A stretch of DNA of 64,000 bases from Malacoraja senta (lineage: Eukaryota), in the NCBI GenBank assembly GCA_038087875.1, contig JAXLNO010000584.1:1-64000 (forward strand), given 5' to 3'. A program made the translations under genes and the position numbers. Shown one piece after another: positions 1 to 10,600 of this stretch (positions are counted from its first letter, which is position 1; every line of letters starts with the position of its first letter). The notes beneath the pieces were generated by a model that saw only the letters and a program-made list of their open reading frames with translations, made no database searches and was not told the origin of the DNA.

Positions 1-258
1 GGAGAGCAGAGGGGAGGAGAGGAGAGGGAGAGGAGAGGGAGGTGGGAGGAGAGGAGAGCAGAGGGGAGGAGAGGAGAGCAGAGGGGAGGAGAGGAGAAGG
101 GAGAGGGGAGTTAATTTAGTTCACAGAGAGAGAGAGTGTGTGAGAAAGAGGGAGGGAGGGAGAGGGGAGAGGAAGAGGGGGGAGAGGGGAGAGAGAGATA
201 GAGAGAGAGAGAGAGAGGAGAGAGACAGAGAGAGGGTGGATAGAGAGATGAGGATGAG
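1..258. repeat. GA-rich polypurine low-complexity tract
   Basis: Almost only G/A, with a recurring GGAGAGCAGAGGGGAGGAGA unit in 1-110 and (GA)n runs afterwards. Confidence 0.9.
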
Positions 259-299
259 AGGACCCACATTGGGGCCCATGAATGTGAACTGTGCATCAT

Positions 300-3200
300 G
301 CAAAGGTAACAATCTCGGGATTACTGCCTGTGCCACGCGACAAGTGATAGTAGGAATGGAGCGAGGTGGAGGATAAATGCGTGGCTGAAGGACTGGTGCA
401 GAAGGCAGGGATTCAAATTTCTGGATCATTGGGATCTCTTTTGTGGAAGGTTCGACCTGTACAAAAAGGATGGGTTGCACTTGAATCCTGAGGGGGACCG
501 ATATCCTGGCAGGGAGATCTGCAAAGGCTACTGGGGAGACTTTAAACTAGAATGGTTGGGGGGAGGGACTCAAATAGAGAATGCTATTAGACAGTGTGTG
601 AGGCAGGAGGCAGAGAAGGAAAGCACTCTGACCCAACATGTAGGGGGGGAAGAAGAAAACAATAATAAACAGAATAAGAGGTGGTGGGTTCTTAAATGGG
701 TGAGCAGAGAAACAGAGGGGTGTAAAATGCGGGCGGAAGCAATAGGTAGAAAGGTGAAAAGTAAAAGTGGCAGGCAGACAAATCCAGGGCAAAAATCAAA
801 AATAGCCACTTTTTCAACATAAATTGTATAAGGGGTAAGAGCGTTGTAAAAACAAGCCTGAAGGCTTTGTGTCTCAATGCAAGGAGCATTCGTAATAAGG
901 TGGATGAGTTGAACGTGCAGATAGGCATTTAATGATTATGATATAGTTGGGATCACGGAGACATGGCTCCAGGGTGACCAAGGCTGGGAGCTGGAACATC
1001 CAGGGATATTCAATATTCAGAGGGATAGAGAGAAAGGAAAAGGAGGTGGGGGTAGCGTTGCTGGTTAGAGAGGGGATTAAACGCAGTGGAAAGGAAGTGA
1101 AGGACATTAGCTTGGAGGATGTGGAATCGGTAATGGGTAGAGCTGCGAAACACTAAGGGGCAGAAAAACGCTGGTGGGTGTTGTGTACAGGCCACCTAGC
1201 AGTAGTAGTGAAGTTGGGGATGGCATCAAACAGGAAATTAGAAATGCGTGCAACAAAGGCAAAACAGTTATAATGGGTGACTTCAATCTACATATAGATT
1301 GGGTGAATCAAATTGGGGCAGGGTGCTGAGGAAGAGGATTTCTTGGAATGTATGAGGGATAGTTATCTAAACCAACATGTAGAGGAACCAACGAGAGAGC
1401 AGGCTATTCTAGACTGGGTATTGAGTAATGAGGAAGGGTTAGTTAGCAGACTTGTTGTGGTGCCCCCCTTGGGCAAGAGTGACCATAATATGGTTGAGTC
1501 TTCATTAGGATGGAGTAGAGTGACGATTGAGGTGACATGATAATTCAGAACAACGGTTCTGACTTAAAGAAAGGTAACATTGAGGGTATGAGACGTGAAT
1601 TGGCCAAGATTGACTGGCAATTAGTTCTAAAAGGGTTGACGGTGGATATGCAATGGAAGGCATTTAAAGACTGCATGGATGAACTACAAAAATTGTTCAT
1701 CCCAGTTTGGCAAAAGAATAAATCAGGGAAGGTAGTGCATCCGTGGATAACAAGGGAAATCAGGGATAGTATCAAAGCAAAAGATGATGCGTACAAATTA
1801 GCCAGAAAAAGCAGCATACCAGAGGACTGGGAGAAATTCAGAGACCAGCAGAGGAGGACAAAGGGCTTAATTAGGAAAGGGAAAATAGATTATGAAAGGA
1901 AACTGGCAGGGAACATAAAAACTGACTGCAAAAGTTTTTATAGAAATGTGAAGAGAAAGAGATTAGTTAAAAACAAATGTAGGTCCCTTGCAGTCAGAAA
2001 CAGGTGAATTGATCAAGGGGAACAAGGATATGGCGGACAAATTGAATAACTACTTTGGTTCCGTCTTCACTAAGGAAGACATAATAATCTGCCGAAATAG
2101 CAGGGGGCCGCGGGTCAAAGGAGATGAGGAACTTAATGAAATCCAGGTTGGGAAGTGGTGTTGGGTAAATTGAATGGATTAAAAGGCCGATAAATCACCA
2201 GGGACAGATCGGCTGCATCCCAGAGTACTTAAGGAAGTAGCTCCAGAAATAGTGGATGCATTAGTGCTAATTTTTCAAAACTCTTTAGATTCTGGAGTAG
2301 TTCCTGAGGATTGAGGGTAGCAAACGTAACCCCACTTTTTAAGAAGGGAGGGAGAGAGAAAACGGGGAATTACAGACCAGTTAGTCTAACATCGGTAGTG
2401 GGGGAAACTGCTAGAGTCAGTTATTAAAGATGGGATAGCAGCACATTTGGAAAGTGGTGAAATCATTGGACAAAGTCAGCATGGATTTACGAAAGGTAAA
2501 TCGTGTCTGACGAATGTTATAGAATTTTTCGAGGATGTTAACTAGTAGAGTGGATAGGGGAGAACCAGTGATGTGTTGTATCTGGACTTTCAGAAGGCTT
2601 CGACAAGGTACCACATAAGAGATTAGGATACAAACTTAAATCACACGGTATTGGGGGTTCAGTATTAATGTGGATAGAGAACTGGCTGGCAAACAGGAAG
2701 CAAAGAGTAGGAGTAAACGGGTCCTTTTCACAATGGCAGGCAGTGACTAGTGGGGTACCGCAAGGCTCAGTGCTGGGGACCCCAGCTATTTACAATTTAT
2801 ATTAATGATCTGGACGAGGGAATTGAAAGCAACATCTCGAAGTTTGCGGATGACACTAAGCTGGGGGCAGTGTTAGCTGTGAGGAGGATGCTAGGAGACT
2901 GCAAGGTGACTTGGTATAGGCTGGGTGAGTGGGCAAATGTTTGGCAGATGCAGTATAATGTGGATAAATGTGAGGTTATCCACTTTGGTGGCAAGAACGG
3001 GAAGGCAGACTATTATCTAAATGGTGGCCGATTAGGAAATGGGGAGACGCAGCGAGACCTGGATGTCATGGTACACCAGTCATTGAAAGTAGGCATGCAG
3101 GTGCAGCAGGCAGTGAAGAAAGCGAATGGTATGTTGGCCTTCATAGCAAGAGGATTTGAGTATAGGAGCAGGGAGGTTCTACTGCAGTTGTACAGGGTCT

Positions 3201-3787
3201 TGGTGAGACCACACCTGGAGTATTGCGTACAGTTTTGGTCTCCAAATCTGAGGAAGGACATTATAGCCATAGAGGGAGTGCAGAGAAGGTTCACCAGACT
3301 GATTCCTGGGATGTCAGGACTTTCATATGAAGAAAGACTGGATAGACTTGGCTTATACTCGCTAGAATTTAGGAGATTGAGAGGGGATCTTATAGAAAAC
3401 ATACAAAATTCTTATGGGGTTGGACAGGCTAGATGCAGGAAGATTGTTCCCGATGTTGGGGAAGTCCAGGACAAGGGGTCACAGCTTAAGGGTAAGGGGG
3501 AAATCCTTTAAGACCGAGATGAGGAAAAACGTTTTCACACAGAGAGTGGTGAATCTCTGGAACTCTCTGCCACAGAGGGTAGTTGAGGCCAGTTCATTGG
3601 CTATATTTAAGAGGGAGTTAGATGTGGCCCTTGTGGCTAAGGGGATCAGGGGGTATGGAGAGAAGGCCGGTACGGGATACTGAGTTGGATGATCAGCCAT
3701 GATCATATTGAATGGCGGTGCAGGCTCGAAGGGCCGAATGGCCTACTCCTGCACCTATTTTCTATGTATCTATCTATGTATCTATGG
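300..3787 (+). mobile_element. 5'-truncated, frameshifted CR1-clade LINE (HER1-like): ORF1 esterase C-terminus, ORF2 (APE endonuclease + RT), 3' UTR and TCTATG-type tail
   Basis: ~305-520 translates to an SGNH-esterase-like stretch (INAWLKDWCRRQGFKFLDHW...YKKDGLHLN). Endonuclease motifs: CLNARSI (~870), GITETW (~950), VIMGDFN (~1270), LGKSDHN (~1470). RT motif KFADDTK at ~2840, then LVRPHLEYCVQFW; ORF2 stop at 3683; conserved 3' UTR (GATGATCAGCCATGATC...GGCCTACTCCTGC) and short-repeat tail. Many indels break the frame. Confidence 0.95.
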
Positions 3788-3968
3788 ATATTTCACACAC
3801 AAACCAGACATGAATCTAATGTTTGTGCCGTGTTCCTGCTCCACCGATAACGTCCCGTCATGGATGGAGACACAGACTCACTCACTCATGGCTGACAACT
3901 CCTGGAGATTGGAATCGCTAGTTTTACACAATAAATGATATTCTCAACTGAGTCTGTCTCTGCCTCTG

Positions 3969-4216
<248 letters not shown>

Positions 4217-4219
<3 letters not shown>

Positions 4220-4545
4220 ATAGACGCAGGAGTAGGCCATTCGGCCCTTCGAGTCAGCACCGCCATTCAATGTGATCATGGTTGATCATCCCCAATCAGT
4301 ACCCCGTTCCTGCCTTCTCCCCCATATCCCCTGACTCTGCTATCTTTTAAGAGCCCTATCTAGCTCTATCTTGAAAGTATCCAGAGAACCGGCCTCCACC
4401 GCCCTACGAGGCAGAGAATTCCACAGACTCACCACTCTCTGTGAGAAAAAGTGTTTCATCGTCTCCATTCTAAATGGCTTACTCCTTATTCTTAAACTGT
4501 GGCCCCTGGTTCTGGACTCCCCCAACATCGGGAACATGTTTCCTG
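4217..4545 (-). mobile_element. CR1 LINE 3' fragment
   Basis: ORF 4340..4537 (MFPMLGESRTRGHSLRIR...QRVVSLWNSLP) is homologous to 3414..3683 and is followed by the same 3' UTR on the minus strand. Confidence 0.93.
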
Positions 4546-4673
4546 ATCTGGGGAGAAGGCAGGAACGGGGGTACTGATTGTGGATGATCAGCCACGATCA
4601 CATTGAATGGCGGTGCTGGCTCGAAGGACCGAATGGTCTGCTCCTGCACCTATTGTCTATTGTCTGTTGTCTA
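4546..4673 (+). mobile_element. Short CR1 LINE (or related SINE) 3' end
   Basis: GGGGAGAAGGCAGGAACGGGGGTACTGA...GATGATCAGCCACGATCACATTGAATGGCGG...TATTGTC repeat tail; homologous to 3655-3770. Confidence 0.88.
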
Positions 4674-4718
4674 AATGTTGCAATTGTACTCCTCCAGACT
4701 ACCTTTTTAAGCCACTAC

Positions 4719-5052
4719 CTTGGCTTTTAAAGAGTTTTCAGAAAATGTGTTGGTTGTGAAGTGTTTATCAAATTGTCTTGGCTTTTAAAGAGTTTTCAGA
4801 AAATGTGTTGGTTGTAGAGTGCTTGCCAAATTGTCTTGGCTTTTAAAGAGTTTTCAGAAAATATGTTGGTTGTAGAGTGTTTGCCAAATTGTCTTGGCTT
4901 TTAAAGAGTTTTCAGAAAATGTGTTGGTTGTAGAGTGTTTGCCAAATTGTCTTTGCTTTTAAAGAGTTTTCAGAAAATGTGATGGTTGTAGAGTGTTTGC
5001 CAAATTGTCTTGGCTTTTAAAGAGTTTTCAGAAAATGTTTTGGTTGTGAAGT
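4719..5052. repeat. 58-bp tandem repeat, ~5.7 copies
   Basis: Unit CTTGGCTTTTAAAGAGTTTTCAGAAAATGTGTTGGTTGTAGAGTGTTTGCCAAATTGT repeated with few substitutions. Confidence 0.95.
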
Positions 5053-5054
5053 GG

Positions 5055-5234
5055 ACATTTTTCATCGGGCTGGAAAAAACTCCCGGACTTACCTGATGCC
5101 ACGAGTACCTACGTGTGACATTGCGAGCCGCTACGATATGTCCACGGACTCCTACGGACCCGATGCGGACATTCTCCAACTTTGAATCTCGGGAGAATTC
5201 GCGAGCAGCTCAGGAAAGTGGGACAGGCCCTTTA
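5055..5234. mobile_element. Possible non-autonomous DNA transposon end (PIF/Harbinger-like)
   Basis: CpG-rich stretch ending AGTGGGACAGGCCCT followed by TTA, resembling a Harbinger-type TIR plus TWA target. I found no partner TIR in the window. Confidence 0.3.
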
Positions 5235-5297
5235 TTCTCCTTCACGCTCGAGACTAGTCCCCGCGTACTCGAGGCCTCAGCTAGATCGTGGAAATAT

Positions 5298-5901
5298 ACG
5301 CAGGGAGGTTCTACTGCAGTTGTACTGGGTCTTGGTGAGACCACACCTGGAGTATTGCGTACAGTTTTGTTCACCAAATCTGAAGAAAGAAATTCTTCCC
5401 ATAGAGGGAGTACAGAGAAGGTTCACCAGACTGATTCCTGGAATGTCAGGACTTTCATATGAAGAAAGACTGGATAGACTCGGCTTGTACTCGCTAGAAT
5501 TTAGAAGATTGAGGGGGGATCTTATAGAAACTTACAAAATTCTTAAGGGGTTGGACAGGCTAGATGCAGGAAGATTGTTCCCGATGTTGGGGAAGTGCAG
5601 GACAAGGGATCACACAGTTTAAGGATAAGCTGGAAGTCTTTTAGGACCGACATTTTTCACACAGAGAGTGGTGAATCTGTGGAATTCTCTGCCACAGAAG
5701 GTAGTTGAGGCCAGTTCATTGGCTATATTTAAGAGGGAGTTAGATGTGGCCCTTGTGGCTAAAGGGATCTGGGGGTATGGAGAGAAGGCAGGTACAGGAT
5801 ACTGAGTTGGATGATCAGCCATGATCATATTGAATGGCGGTGCAGGCTCGAAGGGCCGAATGGCCTACTCCTGCACCTATTTCATATTTTACTATGTTTC
5901 T
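5298..5901 (+). mobile_element. CR1 LINE 3' fragment (RT C-terminal region and 3' UTR)
   Basis: REVLLQLYWVLVRPHLEYCVQF...LDRLDAGRLFPMLGK is highly similar to 3170-3770; small internal deletion near 5620-5650. Confidence 0.95.
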
Positions 5902-6125
5902 AACATGTTGAAAAGTGCCCGCGAGTAAAAAAAGGTTGCCATGGAAAAAATCGATAATTTTTACTTGTAGCTTTGGTCGAAGTAGGTTGGCATGTTAGTC
6001 GTAGGTAATCGAGGGTAGTCATAGGTTGTTGTAGAGTCTTCATCATAGTTAAAGGGTGGTCGAAGGAGATCGAAGGAGGTCGTATTCACTATTCAGTGTC
6101 CAATTTCCCCGAAGTAGGTCTTCAA

Positions 6126-6964
6126 CATAGAAACATAGAAACTAGAAAATAGGTGCAGGAGGAGGCCATTCGGCCCTTCGAGCCAGCACCGCCATTCATT
6201 GTGATCATGGCCGATCGTCCCCTATCAATAACCCGTGCCTGCCTTCTCCCCATATCCCTTGACTCCACTAGCCCCTAGAGCTCTATCTAACTCTCTCTTA
6301 AATCCATCCAGTGACTTGGCCTCCACCGCCCTCTGTGGCAGGGAATTCCACAGATTCACAACTCTCTGGGTGGGAAAGTTTCTCCTCGTCTCAGTCCCAA
6401 ATGGCCACAGATTCACAACTCTCCGGGTGGAAAAGTTTCTCCTCATCTCAGTCCCAAATGGCCACAGACTCACAATTCTCTTGGTGGGAAAGTTTCTCCT
6501 CATCTCAGTCCCAAATGGCGACAGATTCACGACTCTCTGGGTGGAAAGGTTTCTCATCATCACAGTCCCAAATGGCCACAGATTCAGAACTCTCTCGGTG
6601 GAAAGGTTTCTCCTCATCTCAGTCCCAAATGGCCACAGATTCACAACTCTCTGCGTGGAAAAGTTTTTTCTCACCTCAGTCTTAAATGACCTCCCCTTTA
6701 TTCTAAGATTGTGGCCCCCGGTTCTGGACTCGCCCAACATTGGGAACATTTTTCCTGCATGTAGCTTGTCCAGTCCTTTTATAATTTTATATGTTTCTAT
6801 AAGAACCTCCCCCTCATCCTTCTAAACTCCAGTGAATACAAGCCTAGTCTTTTCAATCTTTCCTCATATGACAGTCCCGCCATCCCAGTGATCAATATGG
6901 TGAACCTACGCTGCACTGCCTCAATCACAAGGATGTCCTTCCTCAAATTAGGAGACCAAAACTG
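6126..6964 (-). mobile_element. CR1 LINE 3' fragment carrying an internal 57-bp tandem expansion
   Basis: ORF 6225..6749 matches the CR1 ORF2 C-terminus; 3' UTR and (TTTCTATG)n tail at 6126-6220 on the minus strand. Confidence 0.94.
6349..6690. repeat. 57-bp minisatellite, 6 copies, inside LINE ORF2
   Basis: CACAGATTCACAACTCTCTGGGTGGAAAAGTTTCTCCTCATCTCAGTCCCAAATGGC-like unit x6 (342 bp); translates on the minus strand as PFGTEMRRNFSTQRVVNLW repeats. Confidence 0.95.
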
Positions 6965-7084
6965 TAGTTGAAGGAGGTTGAAGGAGGTTGAAGGAGGTTG
7001 AAAGAGGTCTTCTACCTAATCGAACGAGGTCTTCAACATGTCATTTAAAAAAAACTCTCCTAAACTATTCTAAACTCGCCAATT

Positions 7085-7618
7085 AGTCGGGCCTGAGCCC
7101 AGAATTCGGGCCTGAGTCCAGAAGTTGGGCCTGAGTCCCGACTTCCAGACTCAGGCCCGACTTCTGGATCCAGGCCCCACTTCTAGACTCAGGCCCCACT
7201 TCTAGACCCAGGCCCCACTTCTCGACCCAGGCCCCACTTCTAGACCCAGGCCCCACTTCTAGACTCAGGCCCCACTTCTAGACTCAGGCCCCACTTCTAG
7301 ACTCAGGCCCCACTTCTAGATTCAGGCCCCACTTCTAGACTCAGGCCCCACTTTTAGACCCAGGCCCCACTTCTAGACTCGGGCCCCACTTCTAGACCCA
7401 GGCCCCACTTCTAGACTCAGGCCCACTTCTAGACTCAGGCCCCACTTCTAGACCCAGTCCCCTCTTCTAGACTCAGGCCCCACTTCTAGACCCAGGCCCC
7501 ATTTCTAGACTCAGGCCCCACTTCTAGACTCAGGCCCCACTTCAGGACTCAGGCCCCACTTCTAGACTCAGGCCCCACTTCTAGACACATGCCCCACTTC
7601 TAGACACAGGCGCCACTT
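7085..7618. repeat. 19-bp minisatellite (~25 forward copies preceded by ~3 inverted copies)
   Basis: Unit AGGCCCCACTTCTAGACTC from ~7139; 7085-7137 reads GGGCCTGAGTCCAGAAGT, the reverse complement of the unit. Confidence 0.95.
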
Positions 7619-10600
7619 GCATTTGCTTTGAAAATGCAAAAGGGGGTTTGCTTTGAAAATGCAAAAGGTGGTTTGCTTTGAAAATGCAAAAAGGTTTGCT
7701 TTAAAAATGCAGTAGATGGACGGCTTTGAAAATGGAAAATGTGGTTTGCTTTGAAAATGCAAAAGGTGATTTGCTTTGAAAATGGAAAATGTGGTTTGCT
7801 TTGAAAATGCAAAAGGTGGTTTGCTTTGAAAATGCAAAATGTGGTTTGCTTTGAAAATGCAAATGGTTGTTTGCTTTGAAAATACAAAAGGTGGTTTGCT
7901 TTGAAAATGCAAAAGGTGGCTTGCTTTTAATATACAAATCGTGGTTTCCTTTGAAAATGCAAAAGGTAGTTTGCCTTTAAAATGCAAAAGGTGGTTTGCT
8001 TTGAAATGCAAATGGTGGTTTGCTTTGAAAATGTAAAAGGTGGTTTGCTTTGAAAATGCAAAAGGTTTGCTTTGAAAATGCAAATAGTGGTTTGCTTTGA
8101 AGGGCAAATGGTGGTTTGCTTTGAAAAAGCAAAAGGTGGTTTGCTTTAAAAATGCAAAAGGTGGTTTGCTTTGAAAATGCAAAAAATGGTTTGCTTTGAA
8201 AATGCAAATGGTGGTTTGCTTTGAAAATGCAAAAGGTGGTTTGCTATAAAATGCCAAAAGCGGTTTGCTTTAAAAATGCAAAACGTGGTTTGCTTTGAAA
8301 ATGCAATATGTCGTTTGTTTTGAAAATGCAAATGGAGGTTTGCTTTGAAAATGCAAAAGTTGGTTTGCTGGTTTGCATTGAAAATGCAAACGGTGGATTG
8401 CTTTGAAAATGCAAAAGGTGGTGTGCTTTGAAAATGCAAAAGGTGGTTTGCTTTAAAAATGCAAAAGGAGGTTTGTTTTGAAAATGCAAAAGGTGGTTTG
8501 CTTTGAAAATGCTATAGGTGGTTTGCTTTCAAAATGCAAAAAGTGGTTTGCTTTCAAAATGCAAAAGATGGTTTGCTTTGAAAATGCAAAAAGTGGTTTG
8601 CTTTGAAATTGCAAAAGATGGTTTGCTTTGAAAATGCAAAAAGGTTTGCTTTAAAAAAGCAGTAAATGGTTTGCTTTGAAAATGGAAAAGGGGGTTTCCT
8701 TTGAAAATGCAAAACTTGGTTTGCTTTGAAAATGCAAAAAGGTTTGTTTTAAAAATGCAGTAGATGGCTTTGAAAATAGAAAAGGTGGTTTGCTTTGAAA
8801 ATGCAAAAGGTGGTTTGATTTGAAATTGCAAAAAAATTGGTTTGCTTTGAAAATGCAAAAAAAAGTGGTTTGCTTTGAAAATACAAAAGCTGCTTTTTAA
8901 TGGAAATGCAAAAGGTGGTTTGCTTTGAAAATGCAAAATATGGTATGCTTTGAAAATGCAAAAGGTGGTTTGCTTTGAAAATGCAAAAGGTGGTTTGCTT
9001 TGAAAATCCAAAATGTGGTTTTCTTTGAAAATGCAAAAGGTGGTTTGCTTTGAAAATGCAAAAGTTGGTTTGCTGGTTTGCATTGAAAATGCAAAAGGTG
9101 GTTTGCTTTGAAAATGCAAAAAATTGGTTTGCTTTAAAAATGCATCAGATGGTTTGCTTTGAAAATGGAAACGGAGGTTTGCTTTGAAAATGCAAAAAGG
9201 TTTGCTTTAAAATGCAGTAGATTGTTTGCTTTGAAAATGGAAAAAGTGGTTTGCTTTGAAAATGCAGTAGATGGTTTGCTTTGAAAATGGAAACGGAGGT
9301 TTGCTTTGAAAATGCAAAAGGTGGTTTGCTTTGAAAATGCAAAAAACGTTTGCTTTAAAATGCAGTAGATTGTTTGCTTTGAAAATGGAAAAAGTGGTTT
9401 GCTTTGAAAATGCAAAAGGGGGTTTGCTTTGAAATTGCAAAAAAAGTGGTTTGCTTTGAAAGTGCAAAAGGTGGTTTGCTTTGAAAATACAAAAGGTGGC
9501 ATGCTTAGAAAATGCAAAAGGTGGTTTGCTTTGAAAATGCAAAAGGTGGTTTGCTTTGAAAATGCAAAATGTGGTTTTCTTTGAAAATGCAAAAGGTGGT
9601 TTGCTTTGAAAATACAAAAAGTGGTATGCTTAGAAAATGCAAAAGGTGGTTTGCTTTGAAAATGCAAAAGGTGGTTTGCTTTGAAAATCCAAAATGTGGT
9701 TTTCTTTGAAAATGCAAAAGGTGGTTTGCTTTCAAAATGCAAAAGTTGGTTTGCTGGTTTGCATTGAAAATGCAAAAGGTGGTTTGCTTTGAAAATGCAA
9801 AAGGTGGTTTGCTTTAAAAATGCATTAGATGGTTTGCTTTGAAAATGGAAACGGAGGTTTGCTTTGAAAATGCAAAAAGGTTTGCTTTAAAATGCAGTAG
9901 ATTGTTTGCTTTGAAAATGGAAAAAGTGGTTTGCTTATAAATGCAAAAGGTGGTTTGCTTTGAAATTGCAAAAAAAAGTGGTTTACTTTGAAAGTTCAAA
10001 AGGTGGTTTGCTTTGAAAATACAAAAGGTGGTATGCTTAGAAAATGCAAAAGGTGGTTTGCTTTGAAAATGCAAAAGGTGGTTTGCTTTGAAAATGCAAA
10101 ATGTGGTTTTCTTTGAAAATGCAAAAGGTGGTTTGCTTTGAAAATGCAAAATGTCGTTTGCTTTGAAAATGAAAAAGGTGGTTTGCTTTGAAAATGCAAA
10201 CGGTTTGCTTTGAAAATGCCACGGGTTTACTTTGAAAATGGAAAAGGTATGCTTTGAAAATGCAAATAGTGGTTTGCTTTGAAGGTCAAATGGTGGTTTG
10301 CTTTGAAAAAGCAAAAGGTGGTTGCTTTGAAAATGCAAACGGTGGTTTGCTTTGAAAATGCAAAAGGTGGTTTGCTTTGAAAATGCAAAAGTTGGTTTGC
10401 TGGTTTGCATTGAAAATGCAAAAGGTGGTTTGCTTTGAAAATGCAAAAAGGTTTGCTTTAAAATGCAGTAGATTGTTTGCTTTGAAAATGGAAAAAGTGG
10501 TTTGCTTTGAAAATGCAGTAGATGGTTTGCTTTGAAAATGGAAACGGAGGTTTGCTTTGAAAATGCAAAAGGTGGTTTGCTTTGAAAATGCAAAAAAGTT

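Noticed and set aside
300..3787. Active autonomous LINE or domesticated RT gene
   Set aside because: 5'-truncated within ORF1 and broken by many frameshifts.
6116..7039. AGGTCTTCAACAT pair as the target-site duplication of the minus-strand LINE
   Set aside because: The second copy lies ~60 bp beyond the LINE boundary rather than flanking it.
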